From Oligoflexus sp. (lineage in GTDB: Bacteria > Bdellovibrionota_B > Oligoflexia > Oligoflexales > Oligoflexaceae): DNA of 64,000 bases. Below, in pieces: positions 28,089 to 37,633 of this stretch (positions are counted from its first letter, which is position 1; each line of letters begins with the position of its first letter). Under the pieces are notes generated by a model. It was not told the origin of the DNA and made no database searches. It worked only from the letters and a program-made list of their open reading frames with translations. A program made the translations under genes and the position numbers. The stretch spans positions 493 to 64,492 of the forward strand of contig JBGSTX010000025.1 in the NCBI GenBank assembly GCA_041736305.1, read 5' to 3'.

Positions 28089-28994
28089 TTATTGAGACCT
28101 CTTGATGTAAGACATGCGAGCTTCAGAAAATACTTCTGTGCGGCGACGTTCGACGTAGGATCTGAGAGTTCCATTTTTTTGGAGCTCATTAAGTATCTGC
28201 GCCATCGTTCCAATTTCGTCTTCGGCAGCTTTAGCTCTGTGACGGGAAATGGTCAAACCTTTGCGGGCGGCGAGAATTCTCTGCTCACACTCGCCTTCAG
28301 TCTGCGCCAGTACTCGCTTCGCTTCACTCTGGGCGTTCATAACGCCGTTAAGCGCATGGGCAAGTTCGTCTGGTGGCAGAATATCTGTCAAGTCAACGCC
28401 GTTAAAGACTACTCCATATCGCTCACCGATCTGCAAGCGGCAGAATTCTTGAATGTGTTGATTCAAGAGCCGTCTTTCACGACGAATAGAAGCATAACTA
28501 CCAACTTGCACACCCGGCATGTAGCTGAGCTTCTGTCCTTCGGTCGCACTGTCTTTTTCTAAACTATCGAAATTCGCGATTTCGTTCCGCAAGAGACAGG
28601 TGAAGAGGCCCTTGACGTGTTCGATAGGATTTTCTAGAGAAAAAAGATAGAGATAGAGATCGTCAGCGCGAGGTGTGAAGCGGAGTTTCGAGTCGAGGCG
28701 CAGCATCGTGCCGTCTGAGGCCATCGCGCTGGTCCCGCCCTCTTGTCCCGAAAGATCGATCATCCGTTCCATTAGAGATACTTTGTGAACTTTCTGCCAA
28801 GGGCGTTTGAAACGAAAGCCAGGCTTGTGCGTGCGTAGTTGCTGCTCGCTCGAGTCAATAAACTCAGCTTTGCCGAAGCTTGAAAGGACAGCTACATGCC
28901 CTTCCTCAACTTGATAGTAGCAACGAGTCATTAAATAGAGACTATAGATACCCAAACCTGCAAAGAAAGCTGTGTACATAGAAATTTCGATCAC
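28089..28994 (-). CDS. SPFH/band-7 domain membrane protein (second paralog)
   Basis: N-terminal TM, then VEEGHVAVLSSFGK...KPGFRFKRPW. An Ala/Glu-rich helix follows, as in HflC/K and stomatin-like proteins. Confidence 0.7.
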   Translation of the reverse strand: MIEISMYTAFFAGLGIYSLYLMTRCYYQVEEGHVAVLSSFGKAEFIDSSEQQLRTHKPGFRFKRPWQKVHKVSLMERMIDLSGQEGGTSAMASDGTMLRLDSKLRFTPRADDLYLYLFSLENPIEHVKGLFTCLLRNEIANFDSLEKDSATEGQKLSYMPGVQVGSYASIRRERRLLNQHIQEFCRLQIGERYGVVFNGVDLTDILPPDELAHALNGVMNAQSEAKRVLAQTEGECEQRILAARKGLTISRHRAKAAEDEIGTMAQILNELQKNGTLRSYVERRRTEVFSEARMSYIKRSQ

Positions 28995-29011
28995 GATTCT
29001 TATCTCCCCTT

Positions 29012-31054
29012 CTAGAAGCGATCGGCTGCCGCGCGCCAGGAGGCGGCAACTGACGGAATTGCTTTGTTTGAAAATTTGCCTTGTCTACGGTAAGCAGCGA
29101 CGAGACCACGATTGACGTCCACCACGTCTTCATTGAAGTGTGAATGTGCAGCCGTAGCTGGACCCAGACTCTCGACCTTATCCATAGAGTCGACGACAAG
29201 ACCGTGTGGGACATAGCGCCCATCTGGTATTTCAACGCCAACAACCACAGCACCAATCCCGATATAGCAGCCAGAACCTATCACGGAATCATGAACGACG
29301 GCTTGAAAGCCGACGAAGGTTCTGTCGCCAATGAAGCAGGGGCCGTGGATGAGAGCTTGGTGAGCAACCGATACCTCTTCCCCAATGTAGACGGCCCAGT
29401 CTTCGCCAGCGATGTTGACCCATTTTTCCTTGAGGGCATGGATCACAACTCCATCCTGAATATTGGAATTGGCTCCAATATAGAAGGGTGAACCTTCGTC
29501 GGCACGCACCGAGCTTTCGGCAGCGATGTGAGCGTTTTCGCCGAGGACGACCCGACCGATGACCGAAGCTTTATGGTGGACAAATGCCGTTGCTGCGAGC
29601 TGTGCTTTCTCCTGGATCTGCGAGAACCAGACAGGGCCACCGGCCGCGGGCTGGTAGTGTGCCGGTCGACGCTTGTTCGCTACCGCGGCTTTGACTACAG
29701 CTCGGATCGAACCCTTTGGATGACTTTGGCGTGTGACGAGACTTGGCTGGTTTTTGCCTGTGAACCAGCTAGCTATAAAGTGCAGAGCTATGCCGCTCCC
29801 AAGACCGAGCATAAGATGACCGGAAACTGTCCCGGCGGCGGTGAGGAGAAAGGCGAGGGCCTCGACCCGATGCTGCCCGATAAGGTGGAAAAGAGTCTTC
29901 ACTTCGATGAGTCTCATACCGACTACACAGAGGAGACCGGCTAGTGCCGAGAGGGGCATGACCGCAATGGTTTCGTTGAGGTAAAGCATCGATGCAAGGA
30001 GTATAGCCGCGTGCAGAAAAGCTGCTAGGCGTGTCTTGCCTCCGCTATGGGCGTTGACAGTCGAACGCACGATCACGCCTGAGACAGGCATTCCTCCGAC
30101 CAGACCTGAACCAATGTTGGCCAAGCCCTGCCCATAGAGTTCGAGATCACCGTTGTGGGGACGTGTATTAGGGCTGATGCGGTCTACTGCTTGAGCGGAG
30201 AGTAGAGATTCGATAGATGCGAGTAGGGCCAGGGGCATAGCCAGGAGAAAGAGGCCTAACCACTGATCATCTGGGACCAGGGGTATTTTTGGCCAAGGTA
30301 TGTTGGAAGGAAGGGTACCGACTCGTGCAATATCCCAGTTGAGTTGGATTGAAATCGCTGTCACGACAGCTATACCGAAGAGTGCAGCAGGAAAGCGCTT
30401 AAACTGCTTGCAGGCAATGACCAGAAAAGCCACAAAAAGCCCGCAAACCACTGCTAACCACGAAACTTCCTGCAGCCAAGCAGGTCTGTGCATCATCCCT
30501 GCTATTTCGAAGACTGAGTAATCGAAGCCCAGCAGCTCTGGGATCTGATTGTCGAGCAACTTGATCCCGACGCCTGTGGTGAATCCAGCTAAGACAGCCT
30601 CGGGTACGATGCGAATCATCCGTCCGCTGGCAAGGCTCGAGAGCAGCAGCTGCACAATGCCAATCATCAAACAGGCGGCAGCAACGCCGACAGGACCGAA
30701 GTCTTTGGTTATGTGCAGCACCATGATGTTGAGCGCAGCGGCTGGTCCAGTGACCTGCAGCGAAGAACCGCCCATCAGAGCTGCTATGCCACCCCCTATC
30801 GCGCCGGCTAGAAGTCCTGCGCTGGGCGGTAGGCCCGAAGCCACAGCCAGCGCGATATTGAGCGGGAGAGCCACCGCTGCAACCGTCACGGCAGAGACGG
30901 AATCGCTGACGAGCGTTTTTCCACCAAGCACGGCCCGCCAGTCTTTGCGCCAGTCTGAGAACATAGACTGGAAATGTGCGGCTGTGCGCGCCTGGGGACG
31001 CGGCTCTTTCAAAGGGAGCTTGCTCCCCCTAGTTAACTTCAACTCTTGACCCAT
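29012..31054 (-). CDS. SulP-family anion transporter fused to a C-terminal Cam-type gamma-carbonic anhydrase (left-handed beta-helix) domain; no STAS domain
   Basis: The SulP N-terminal signature is AVTVAAVALPLNIALAVASGLPPSAGLLAGAIGGGIAALMGGSSLQVTGPAAA. The C-terminal RADEGSPFYIGANSNIQDGVVIHAL, AVYIGEEVSVAHQALIHGP, IPDGRYVP and HFNEDVVDVN match my memory of Methanosarcina Cam, including the three Zn histidines. Confidence 0.8.
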   Translation of the reverse strand: MGQELKLTRGSKLPLKEPRPQARTAAHFQSMFSDWRKDWRAVLGGKTLVSDSVSAVTVAAVALPLNIALAVASGLPPSAGLLAGAIGGGIAALMGGSSLQVTGPAAALNIMVLHITKDFGPVGVAAACLMIGIVQLLLSSLASGRMIRIVPEAVLAGFTTGVGIKLLDNQIPELLGFDYSVFEIAGMMHRPAWLQEVSWLAVVCGLFVAFLVIACKQFKRFPAALFGIAVVTAISIQLNWDIARVGTLPSNIPWPKIPLVPDDQWLGLFLLAMPLALLASIESLLSAQAVDRISPNTRPHNGDLELYGQGLANIGSGLVGGMPVSGVIVRSTVNAHSGGKTRLAAFLHAAILLASMLYLNETIAVMPLSALAGLLCVVGMRLIEVKTLFHLIGQHRVEALAFLLTAAGTVSGHLMLGLGSGIALHFIASWFTGKNQPSLVTRQSHPKGSIRAVVKAAVANKRRPAHYQPAAGGPVWFSQIQEKAQLAATAFVHHKASVIGRVVLGENAHIAAESSVRADEGSPFYIGANSNIQDGVVIHALKEKWVNIAGEDWAVYIGEEVSVAHQALIHGPCFIGDRTFVGFQAVVHDSVIGSGCYIGIGAVVVGVEIPDGRYVPHGLVVDSMDKVESLGPATAAHSHFNEDVVDVNRGLVAAYRRQGKFSNKAIPSVAASWRAAADRF

Positions 31055-31199
31055 GAATTTTTTCCGTGAAAAGGCGATCCGTACCCTGCCTGCCCTGCAT
31101 CTATGCCCGATTAAATCTAGGCAAATATACAGGAAGGCTGCACCACTTGATCGACAGTTGGAGAGATATAAATATCTAATTTTCTAATGAAGAGAGGTC

Positions 31200-31526
31200 T
31201 CAACAAAGAAGTGGGGGGACTCGGCTCGTCGTGGGGAGAGAGGGCAAAAAGTAGTCTGATATGAAATACGCTGGACGCTGCCGCATGGGCCGCAGGTCTG
31301 CTAAGCGAAAGTTGAGATGAGCTGAGGGAAAATAACGTCTAGGGCCAACATTTCTCGAGCAGTTGCTACGACTCAGTCCTAGTCGTGCTGTGCAAGATTC
31401 GTGGACAGACTCTCTAGCAGACTCTTCCGTCGGAAGGTTTTTACACCCTTCATCTGCATTTACCTTGGCCTCGCCTACGCTTAAACACAGGACGAAACTC
31501 ATCAAGTAAATTTTGAAGAGAAGCAT
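31200..31526 (-). CDS. Possible small secreted Cys-containing protein (weak call)
   Basis: An internal ATG at 31526 has a GAAGG RBS. Signal-like MLLFKIYLMSFVLCLSVGEAKVNA. There is no homology impression, and it lies in a 720-bp otherwise non-coding gap. Confidence 0.3.
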   Translation of the reverse strand: MLLFKIYLMSFVLCLSVGEAKVNADEGCKNLPTEESARESVHESCTARLGLSRSNCSRNVGPRRYFPSAHLNFRLADLRPMRQRPAYFISDYFLPSLPTTSRVPPLLC

Positions 31527-31844
31527 GGACCTTCGCTGAAAGCCTAGACAGTGGCTCGATATGAACTTCATCTTTCGAAGCATTGGGCCATCATTTTGTA
31601 GGTGATATTTGAGTTCTTTATTTTGACACGCTGAGCTTAAAAAAGTCAACGTGGTTCAATAATCCAGTTTTTCGGAAATGCTATGTCCAAGCTATAGCTT
31701 GTTATTTTAGGCATTTTTGGTCCGCTCATTCAGAGGAAAATCCTTGGCTGAGAAAGCGTTCGTCTTTCTCGAACTTTGTGCTTTGAAGTGACAATATCTT
31801 CATATATACACGGGGACTACCTGAGGTCATTTAATGAGGCCCCT

Positions 31845-33494
31845 ATGCACCACGTGAGAAAATTCGCCGGCGTTTGGTCTTTAGTATACATCTCATTGAT
31901 TTTAGCAGCCTGCGGTCCTCGATCACGAGATGCCGCTCCACCAATCCTGGATCCTCAGGAAAAACTGCAGTTGCGGCTGCCCGAATCTACCCCCTGTCCA
32001 AGTCAAGACGAGCTTGAGTGCTACACGCTCTCGATGCCGCTTGATCATAAGAATCCCGACACGCAACGTATGAACGTTAGATTTGCAGTAAGACCAGCCT
32101 CGAAGCCAAGTTCGGAAGCTTTGCTAGTCCTCTTTGGAGGTCCTGGCGATCCCGGTGTTTATTCTTTAGGACCCTGGTTGCAACGAATCAAGCCTGAGCT
32201 GAGGGAGCGCTTTAACATCGTAACGATGGACCTTCGCGGCGTGGATGGTTCAGAGCAGATGGACTGCCCTACAGCAGCCTTCGATTTCAGTTTTGTGCCG
32301 CCTTGGATTTACTCTGATGAGGAGACAAAGGCTCTTGCCGCTGGAGCTCAGTCTGCTGCAAATGGCTGCTTGCAGGAGTTAGGGCGCTCTCCCGAAGTTT
32401 TGCAGCATTACAACACTATGCAGGCGGCTGCGGATCTTGAAACTTTCCGTCGCTTTATGGGTTTTAAAGAATGGTCGATTTACTCTCTGAGCTATGGAAC
32501 CCAGCTGGCTCAGACTTACGTCAACGAATATCCTGGCCGTACGCGGGCACTTGTGCTTGACGGAGCGGTAGACCTAACGGCAAATCTGCTCGACTACGGC
32601 CGTGATCTTACCCTCGCTCAGAATAAAATATTTGAAGACCTCGATCCCTACTGTCAAGCAAGCCCCGATTGTCGCAACGCATTCACACTGGAAGGCAAAG
32701 GTAAATCTTCGCAGATGCAGCTACCCTCAGCTACCTATGACTATCTCTTTAAGAAGCTCATGGATGAGGGTGCCGAGGTAAAGTATGTGGCGCCAGACGG
32801 CAGAGATGTTATCTCAAATATGACAGCCTACGATCTCGAGTATGCTCTCAGTGGTTCGGTCGGCAATCCTAGAAAGAGAGCGCGTTTCCTCTGGGCTCTT
32901 TCCAAGACCTTGCACAGTGGGGACTTTGCTCCTCTTTATCGGATCGCCGATGGCAGCTTTGAATTTGCCTATACGTCCTCCGAAAACTCCGAACCTGCAG
33001 TCCAGGCTCCTCAGATGTCACAGGGAGTATTTTGGACTTTTATCTGCAATGACTACGGTAGCCCTGCTGGCAAGACCTTCGATGCGCGTTTCAATGGCTT
33101 CGTAGAGAACGCAGCTCTCTATATCAAAGAGGGAATCAGAATCCACGCACCCTTTTTCAGCGAGTCGCTCTGTGCGGCCTGGCCTTTGGTACAGGAGCCC
33201 ACGCTCCATTCTCCCTTCAAAGGAGAAGGAGTACCAACGCTGGTGATCGGTGCGGAAGCTGACGGCAATGTCCCCTATCAACACAGCGTGCAGATCGCGG
33301 AACACCTAAGCCAGGGCCGGCTCATCACCGTCGCTGGAAGTCAGCATGTGTCGTACAGCTACCACATCACCTGCGTAAATGAGCGGGTAGAGGCTTTGCT
33401 GCTCCAGGGAAGCCTTCCTGCGGAAGCGAAGCTTCGCTGCGAAGATGAATTCGTGGGAGCTTGGCCCGAGGCGGTCATGGAAGCTTCTATATAA
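31845..33494 (+). CDS. Lipoprotein alpha/beta-hydrolase, S33 tripeptidyl-aminopeptidase-like
   Basis: Lipobox SLILAACG. Nucleophile elbow YSLSYGTQLA. C-terminal TAP-like block PTLVIGAEADGNVP...GSQHV. Confidence 0.65.
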   Translation: MHHVRKFAGVWSLVYISLILAACGPRSRDAAPPILDPQEKLQLRLPESTPCPSQDELECYTLSMPLDHKNPDTQRMNVRFAVRPASKPSSEALLVLFGGPGDPGVYSLGPWLQRIKPELRERFNIVTMDLRGVDGSEQMDCPTAAFDFSFVPPWIYSDEETKALAAGAQSAANGCLQELGRSPEVLQHYNTMQAAADLETFRRFMGFKEWSIYSLSYGTQLAQTYVNEYPGRTRALVLDGAVDLTANLLDYGRDLTLAQNKIFEDLDPYCQASPDCRNAFTLEGKGKSSQMQLPSATYDYLFKKLMDEGAEVKYVAPDGRDVISNMTAYDLEYALSGSVGNPRKRARFLWALSKTLHSGDFAPLYRIADGSFEFAYTSSENSEPAVQAPQMSQGVFWTFICNDYGSPAGKTFDARFNGFVENAALYIKEGIRIHAPFFSESLCAAWPLVQEPTLHSPFKGEGVPTLVIGAEADGNVPYQHSVQIAEHLSQGRLITVAGSQHVSYSYHITCVNERVEALLLQGSLPAEAKLRCEDEFVGAWPEAVMEASI

Positions 33495-33697
33495 TACTTC
33501 CTCCTGGATACTTACCACGCTCCACTACAACTTAGTAAAGCTTGAGTGTACTTCTGCTGATCTATAATCAGCGGCAGTTTCTCAGGCTCATCTAGAAAAT
33601 TCCCCACCCGCACAAATCGTCATAAATACTTCCTTGTCTTTGCATTGTCGCTGTCCTTGGTATGATCTGAACAGACCACGAACTAGACGGAGGATAT

Positions 33698-34114
33698 ATG
33701 AAATTTCTGATGCAGACCCTCAGCTTCGCTTTCATTACCGCGCCCCTGCCGATCTTGGCTGGAACTCCCCCAGAATTCCCCGCGTCGCAAAAAATCATTG
33801 CTGAGCAAAGCACCGAGGAGATCGAATCTGCTACTGACGAGGATCAGACCGAAATCGATCTATCGGCTGATCTCAGCTTTGATGAGCGACGAGAAGAGTG
33901 GAATCAGTGGGTTTGTCAGGCTTATTCGCAGGGTGGTAACTTGAGGTCTTTTAACGGTCGTAGTTTCTTCTTCCGTCCTGGATCGGGGGAGGGGCAAGAG
34001 GCCAAGCGTCAGGCTCGCCGCGAGGCCGTGCGCAAATGTGAGTTTAGGACTGGCCAGAACTGCCGAAGTAATCTTGACAAAGACTGCCGCGTACGTCGAA
34101 TTGAGAGGCCCTAG
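33698..34114 (+). CDS. Small secreted acidic/basic protein with four Cys, unknown function
   Basis: Signal peptide MKFLMQTLSFAFITAPLPILAG and a GGAGGATAT RBS. Confidence 0.5.
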   Translation: MKFLMQTLSFAFITAPLPILAGTPPEFPASQKIIAEQSTEEIESATDEDQTEIDLSADLSFDERREEWNQWVCQAYSQGGNLRSFNGRSFFFRPGSGEGQEAKRQARREAVRKCEFRTGQNCRSNLDKDCRVRRIERP

Positions 34115-34198
34115 AATTTGAGCCTCAGCCTAAGAGCAGCTCGAACGAGCTGCTCACAAGAAAGCCCAGATAAAAAAGCCTGAGCGGAATAGTTTTTC

Positions 34199-34651
34199 TC
34201 AGCCCACAAGGAATGTCAGGCAGCTAGAAGGGCGACTCTTAGCCTCTACCGAGAGCTCGGCCGCTACCTTGCGCAGTGCATCCGATCCCTCAGGATTGGA
34301 GGCCTTATCTGCCAGCGTCTCGAGCAGCTGCGTAGCATCAGGGCCCCCCAGAGCATCGAGGCATGCAAGCCCATGCTTAACGCTTTGCGCTTCTCCTGCC
34401 TCAACCGTGCTTGTGGCCCATTCACTAGCTACGGTAACGATAGTCCCGGTCACAGGTCCGAATGTGTCGGGCAGCGCCTCACCAATAGAATTGATGTCAA
34501 CGTTTGAACTGACATGCTTCCCTAGTGAATATAGCCCGTATGCTCCGACGCTGCAGCCGACTAGACCTAAGCCAAATACTAAAGCTCCGCCCACCAAGAG
34601 GCGCTTTTTCCAGAGTCGAATTTTCTGCGGGTCGATAAATCCATGAAGCAT
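34199..34651 (-). CDS. Membrane-anchored hypothetical protein
   Basis: A start at 34651 gives a single TM (LLVGGALVFGLGLVGC). It lies downstream of, and is co-oriented with, the S8 peptidase. Confidence 0.4.
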   Translation of the reverse strand: MLHGFIDPQKIRLWKKRLLVGGALVFGLGLVGCSVGAYGLYSLGKHVSSNVDINSIGEALPDTFGPVTGTIVTVASEWATSTVEAGEAQSVKHGLACLDALGGPDATQLLETLADKASNPEGSDALRKVAAELSVEAKSRPSSCLTFLVG

Positions 34652-34807
34652 GTTTCTCTCCTCAAGCAAGATATCTTGAGATCCTGCAAAATCTAAAGAT
34701 ACTCTACGATACATGCTGCTCATTATCAAAATCGATATTTTACATCTACTTGATAGCTTTAAACGAAAGCCGAACATACAGGCGATCGTTTACATGACTT
34801 GTTTAGC

Positions 34808-36469
34808 TTATTTTTCACAGAGTGCTGAAAGGGCATTTGGTGCGGGTGTCTTCGACTCCTCGACCCCATCGACGGCTTGCAAGGGAGGCTTCGATGCAGC
34901 AGGAGCAATCTGGGCATGCTCGCGCACCTTTTCCATAAAATATGATAGGTCTACCTGTCCCACAAAGCTGCGCGTGCTGCCGTTTTCTTCCTTCAAGTTG
35001 AGTTCTGAGTCCTGGAGAAGTTTGCGAAAGGTCTGCTGAGGGCTACCGGCTGCATTTTGATAGGCCGCTGCCAGCTTCAGTTTGAAGATAGCTGCAAGTC
35101 CTGCCACATAGGGCGTGGCCATACTCGTACCGTCGAGAGACTTATAGCTGTTGTTTAGGTAAGTCGCATAGATCGCTGAACCGGGCGCAATCGTATCTGG
35201 GCTCTTGCGCTGCTGGGCGGGATCTTTGCTAGAGGGATCTATTCCCTTCTGCTCGGCCGACGAGGGATAATTACTATAGGGTGCAAGCGTGGCGTCTGGA
35301 TCCGATGCGCCGACGCAGATAGTGCCGTTGTACGCGCAGGGGATGACTGCATACTCTTTGATCGAGTTTTTGAGGACCAAAAGACTCTTCTGCTCGCATG
35401 TACCACCCAATGGGCAGTTCTCGTTGCCCGCAGCCACAACGAGGATGATACCAGCGTCGATCGCATCGCGGATAACCTTGCTTTCAGCCCCGTTACTCGA
35501 GATAAAGTCTTTAAACTCCATACCTCCACCAAGACTCATCGAAATGACATCAGCGCCCTCAGCCATAGCATAGCGAATGCCTTTGTTTACAGCCTCAGTT
35601 GACCCACCCTTTTGTCCAAGTACTTTCACGGGCATGATCTTCACCTTGCCTGGTGCTAGCAGTTCGCCTACTCCTGTCATCCCTTCCGCACTCACATTCT
35701 TCGCAGCGATAATCCCAGCGCAGTGAGTCCCGTGGCCCTGGTCGTCTTCGGGATCAGAATCATTATTTGCGAAATCGTAGCCCTTCAGCTGGCCATCGAC
35801 CTTATAAAGGTTATCAATCAAGGCTTCATGCGAGAGAGCAACCCCGGTGTCCAGTACGGCGACCACAACCTGTTCCTTGGTATCCGGAAGGGCCGCAGCG
35901 ATGGTCTGAGCTTTGCTTGCATCGCTCTGCTGATAGGCCCACTGTTTGCCGGTGTCAGCTAAGAGTGAAATTTCCCCTGAGGCTTGGACGTTGAAAGAGT
36001 CTTCGATAAAGTCGAATGAGCTCGAACCCTGCAGGTTCAGACGGGCGCCGAGTGCTGCTTGAAAGTCCACACTCTTGAGAATTGAACTCGCAAAGCTAAC
36101 CCCGGGCGCTAGATTACCACCGAGCTCGAGGAAGCGGACTCCATCGTCTGCATTTTTTTGCTTAGGAACCGAGGCAACGTTTTTCACATTCAGCTGCTCG
36201 CTGAGGCCTGCTGTGTTTAGTGCTGAGTTTAAGGTCTCCATGATTTTGCCATCGAGTTCTTGGGCAGTAAGCGAGAGACTCTGTTCTGACTTGAGGCTGC
36301 CTAGAAAAGCTTGGCTGAGCCCGACCGTTAAGGAGCTTTTATTAACGCCTGCTCCTAGCAGTGAGCAGGCCAGTTGCTTGGCCAGAGTCCCGCCTTTACC
36401 GCTACAGGTTGAACAAAGAACAAAGAGACTCAGACCGAAAAGATCGGTAATCCGAAGACGGCTCTTCAT
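34808..36469 (-). CDS. Secreted S8 (subtilisin-family) serine peptidase
   Basis: Catalytic triad contexts VAVLDTGV (Asp), HGTHCAGIIAA (His) and GTSMATPYVAGLAA (Ser). It has an N-terminal signal peptide. Confidence 0.9.
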   Translation of the reverse strand: MKSRLRITDLFGLSLFVLCSTCSGKGGTLAKQLACSLLGAGVNKSSLTVGLSQAFLGSLKSEQSLSLTAQELDGKIMETLNSALNTAGLSEQLNVKNVASVPKQKNADDGVRFLELGGNLAPGVSFASSILKSVDFQAALGARLNLQGSSSFDFIEDSFNVQASGEISLLADTGKQWAYQQSDASKAQTIAAALPDTKEQVVVAVLDTGVALSHEALIDNLYKVDGQLKGYDFANNDSDPEDDQGHGTHCAGIIAAKNVSAEGMTGVGELLAPGKVKIMPVKVLGQKGGSTEAVNKGIRYAMAEGADVISMSLGGGMEFKDFISSNGAESKVIRDAIDAGIILVVAAGNENCPLGGTCEQKSLLVLKNSIKEYAVIPCAYNGTICVGASDPDATLAPYSNYPSSAEQKGIDPSSKDPAQQRKSPDTIAPGSAIYATYLNNSYKSLDGTSMATPYVAGLAAIFKLKLAAAYQNAAGSPQQTFRKLLQDSELNLKEENGSTRSFVGQVDLSYFMEKVREHAQIAPAASKPPLQAVDGVEESKTPAPNALSALCEK

Positions 36470-36690
36470 AAGAGTAACCCCATCTGATGAGAAAGCGTGG
36501 AGGAAATGAAGTGATCTTTTTTCGCATTATACCACTGTGCTTTACCGATGGTGTAGATTAGACGCTACTTCTTCCGTGGTCGGTCATTTTAGTTATGCAG
36601 TTGGGGCCCGCAATATTGGGAAAGAGCAGCCTGTCTGAGGTAAGATTGGGGCTGAAGCGGTTCTGAAAATCTTCTTAGGGGGTCGTATCC

Positions 36691-37566
36691 TTGCAAATTC
36701 ACCTAATCGACGGCACCTATGAGCTCTTCCGTAGCTATTATGGGGCTCCCAGCGCTAAGGCTCCGGATGGCCGCGAAGTTGGGGCGACTCGCGGTTTTTT
36801 GCGGAGCCTGTGGTCATTTTTAAAGGCAGGTACCATCACCCATGTGGGGTGCGCGTTCGATTATGTGATTGAGTCCTTCCGTAACGAGCTCTTTGCCTCG
36901 TACAAGACGGGAGAAGGAATAGATCCGGATCTCTATGCTCAATTCCGCCTAGTTGAGAGAGCGGCAGCGGCCCTCGGAGTCGTCGTTTGGCCCATGATAG
37001 AATTTGAGGCAGATGATGCGCTTGCAACAGCGGCTCATATCTTCAGCCAAACGCCTGGAGTAGAAAAGGTGTTGATTTGCTCGCCAGACAAGGACATGGC
37101 GCAGTGCGTTAAAGGCCGCAAGGTCGTCATGTACGATCGATTCAAAGACGCAGAAATGGGTGAGGAAGAGGTTCATGCGAAGTTCGGAGTTGCTCCAAGT
37201 TCGATTCCTGATTGGCTAGGCCTAGTAGGAGATACTGCAGACGGGATCCCTGGGGTTTCCAAATGGGGCGCGAAATCAGCCTCGTCCTTGCTTGCCGTCT
37301 ACGGTTCGATTGAAAAGATTCCTGACGATCCCAGCCAGTGGCAGGTGAAGGTGCGAGGTGCAGAGGCTTTAGCGCTGAGCCTTCGTGAGCATCGAGAGGA
37401 AAGCAAATTGTATCGACGTCTGGCGGTGCTTCGCGAGGACGTGCCCATAAAGGAAAAGCTAGAGGATCTGCGCTGGCGAGGTGCACACCGCCTTCAGTTG
37501 GAGACGCTGTGTGCTGAGATTGGCGAAACATCCTGGCTTGAACGAGTGAATATCTGGGCTGATTGA
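36691..37566 (+). CDS. 5'-3' exonuclease / flap endonuclease (Pol I N-terminal domain paralog)
   Basis: LIDGTYELFRSYY, EADDALAT, and an H3TH block GDTADGIPGVSKWGAKSA. The apparent start is TTG. Confidence 0.8.
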   Translation: MQIHLIDGTYELFRSYYGAPSAKAPDGREVGATRGFLRSLWSFLKAGTITHVGCAFDYVIESFRNELFASYKTGEGIDPDLYAQFRLVERAAAALGVVVWPMIEFEADDALATAAHIFSQTPGVEKVLICSPDKDMAQCVKGRKVVMYDRFKDAEMGEEEVHAKFGVAPSSIPDWLGLVGDTADGIPGVSKWGAKSASSLLAVYGSIEKIPDDPSQWQVKVRGAEALALSLREHREESKLYRRLAVLREDVPIKEKLEDLRWRGAHRLQLETLCAEIGETSWLERVNIWAD

Positions 37567-37633
37567 TGTTGAAGAGATGAGCTTACGAATTTTGCCTCGC
37601 AGAGGGCTCTCGTTAGGGTCCAATTTGAGATCT

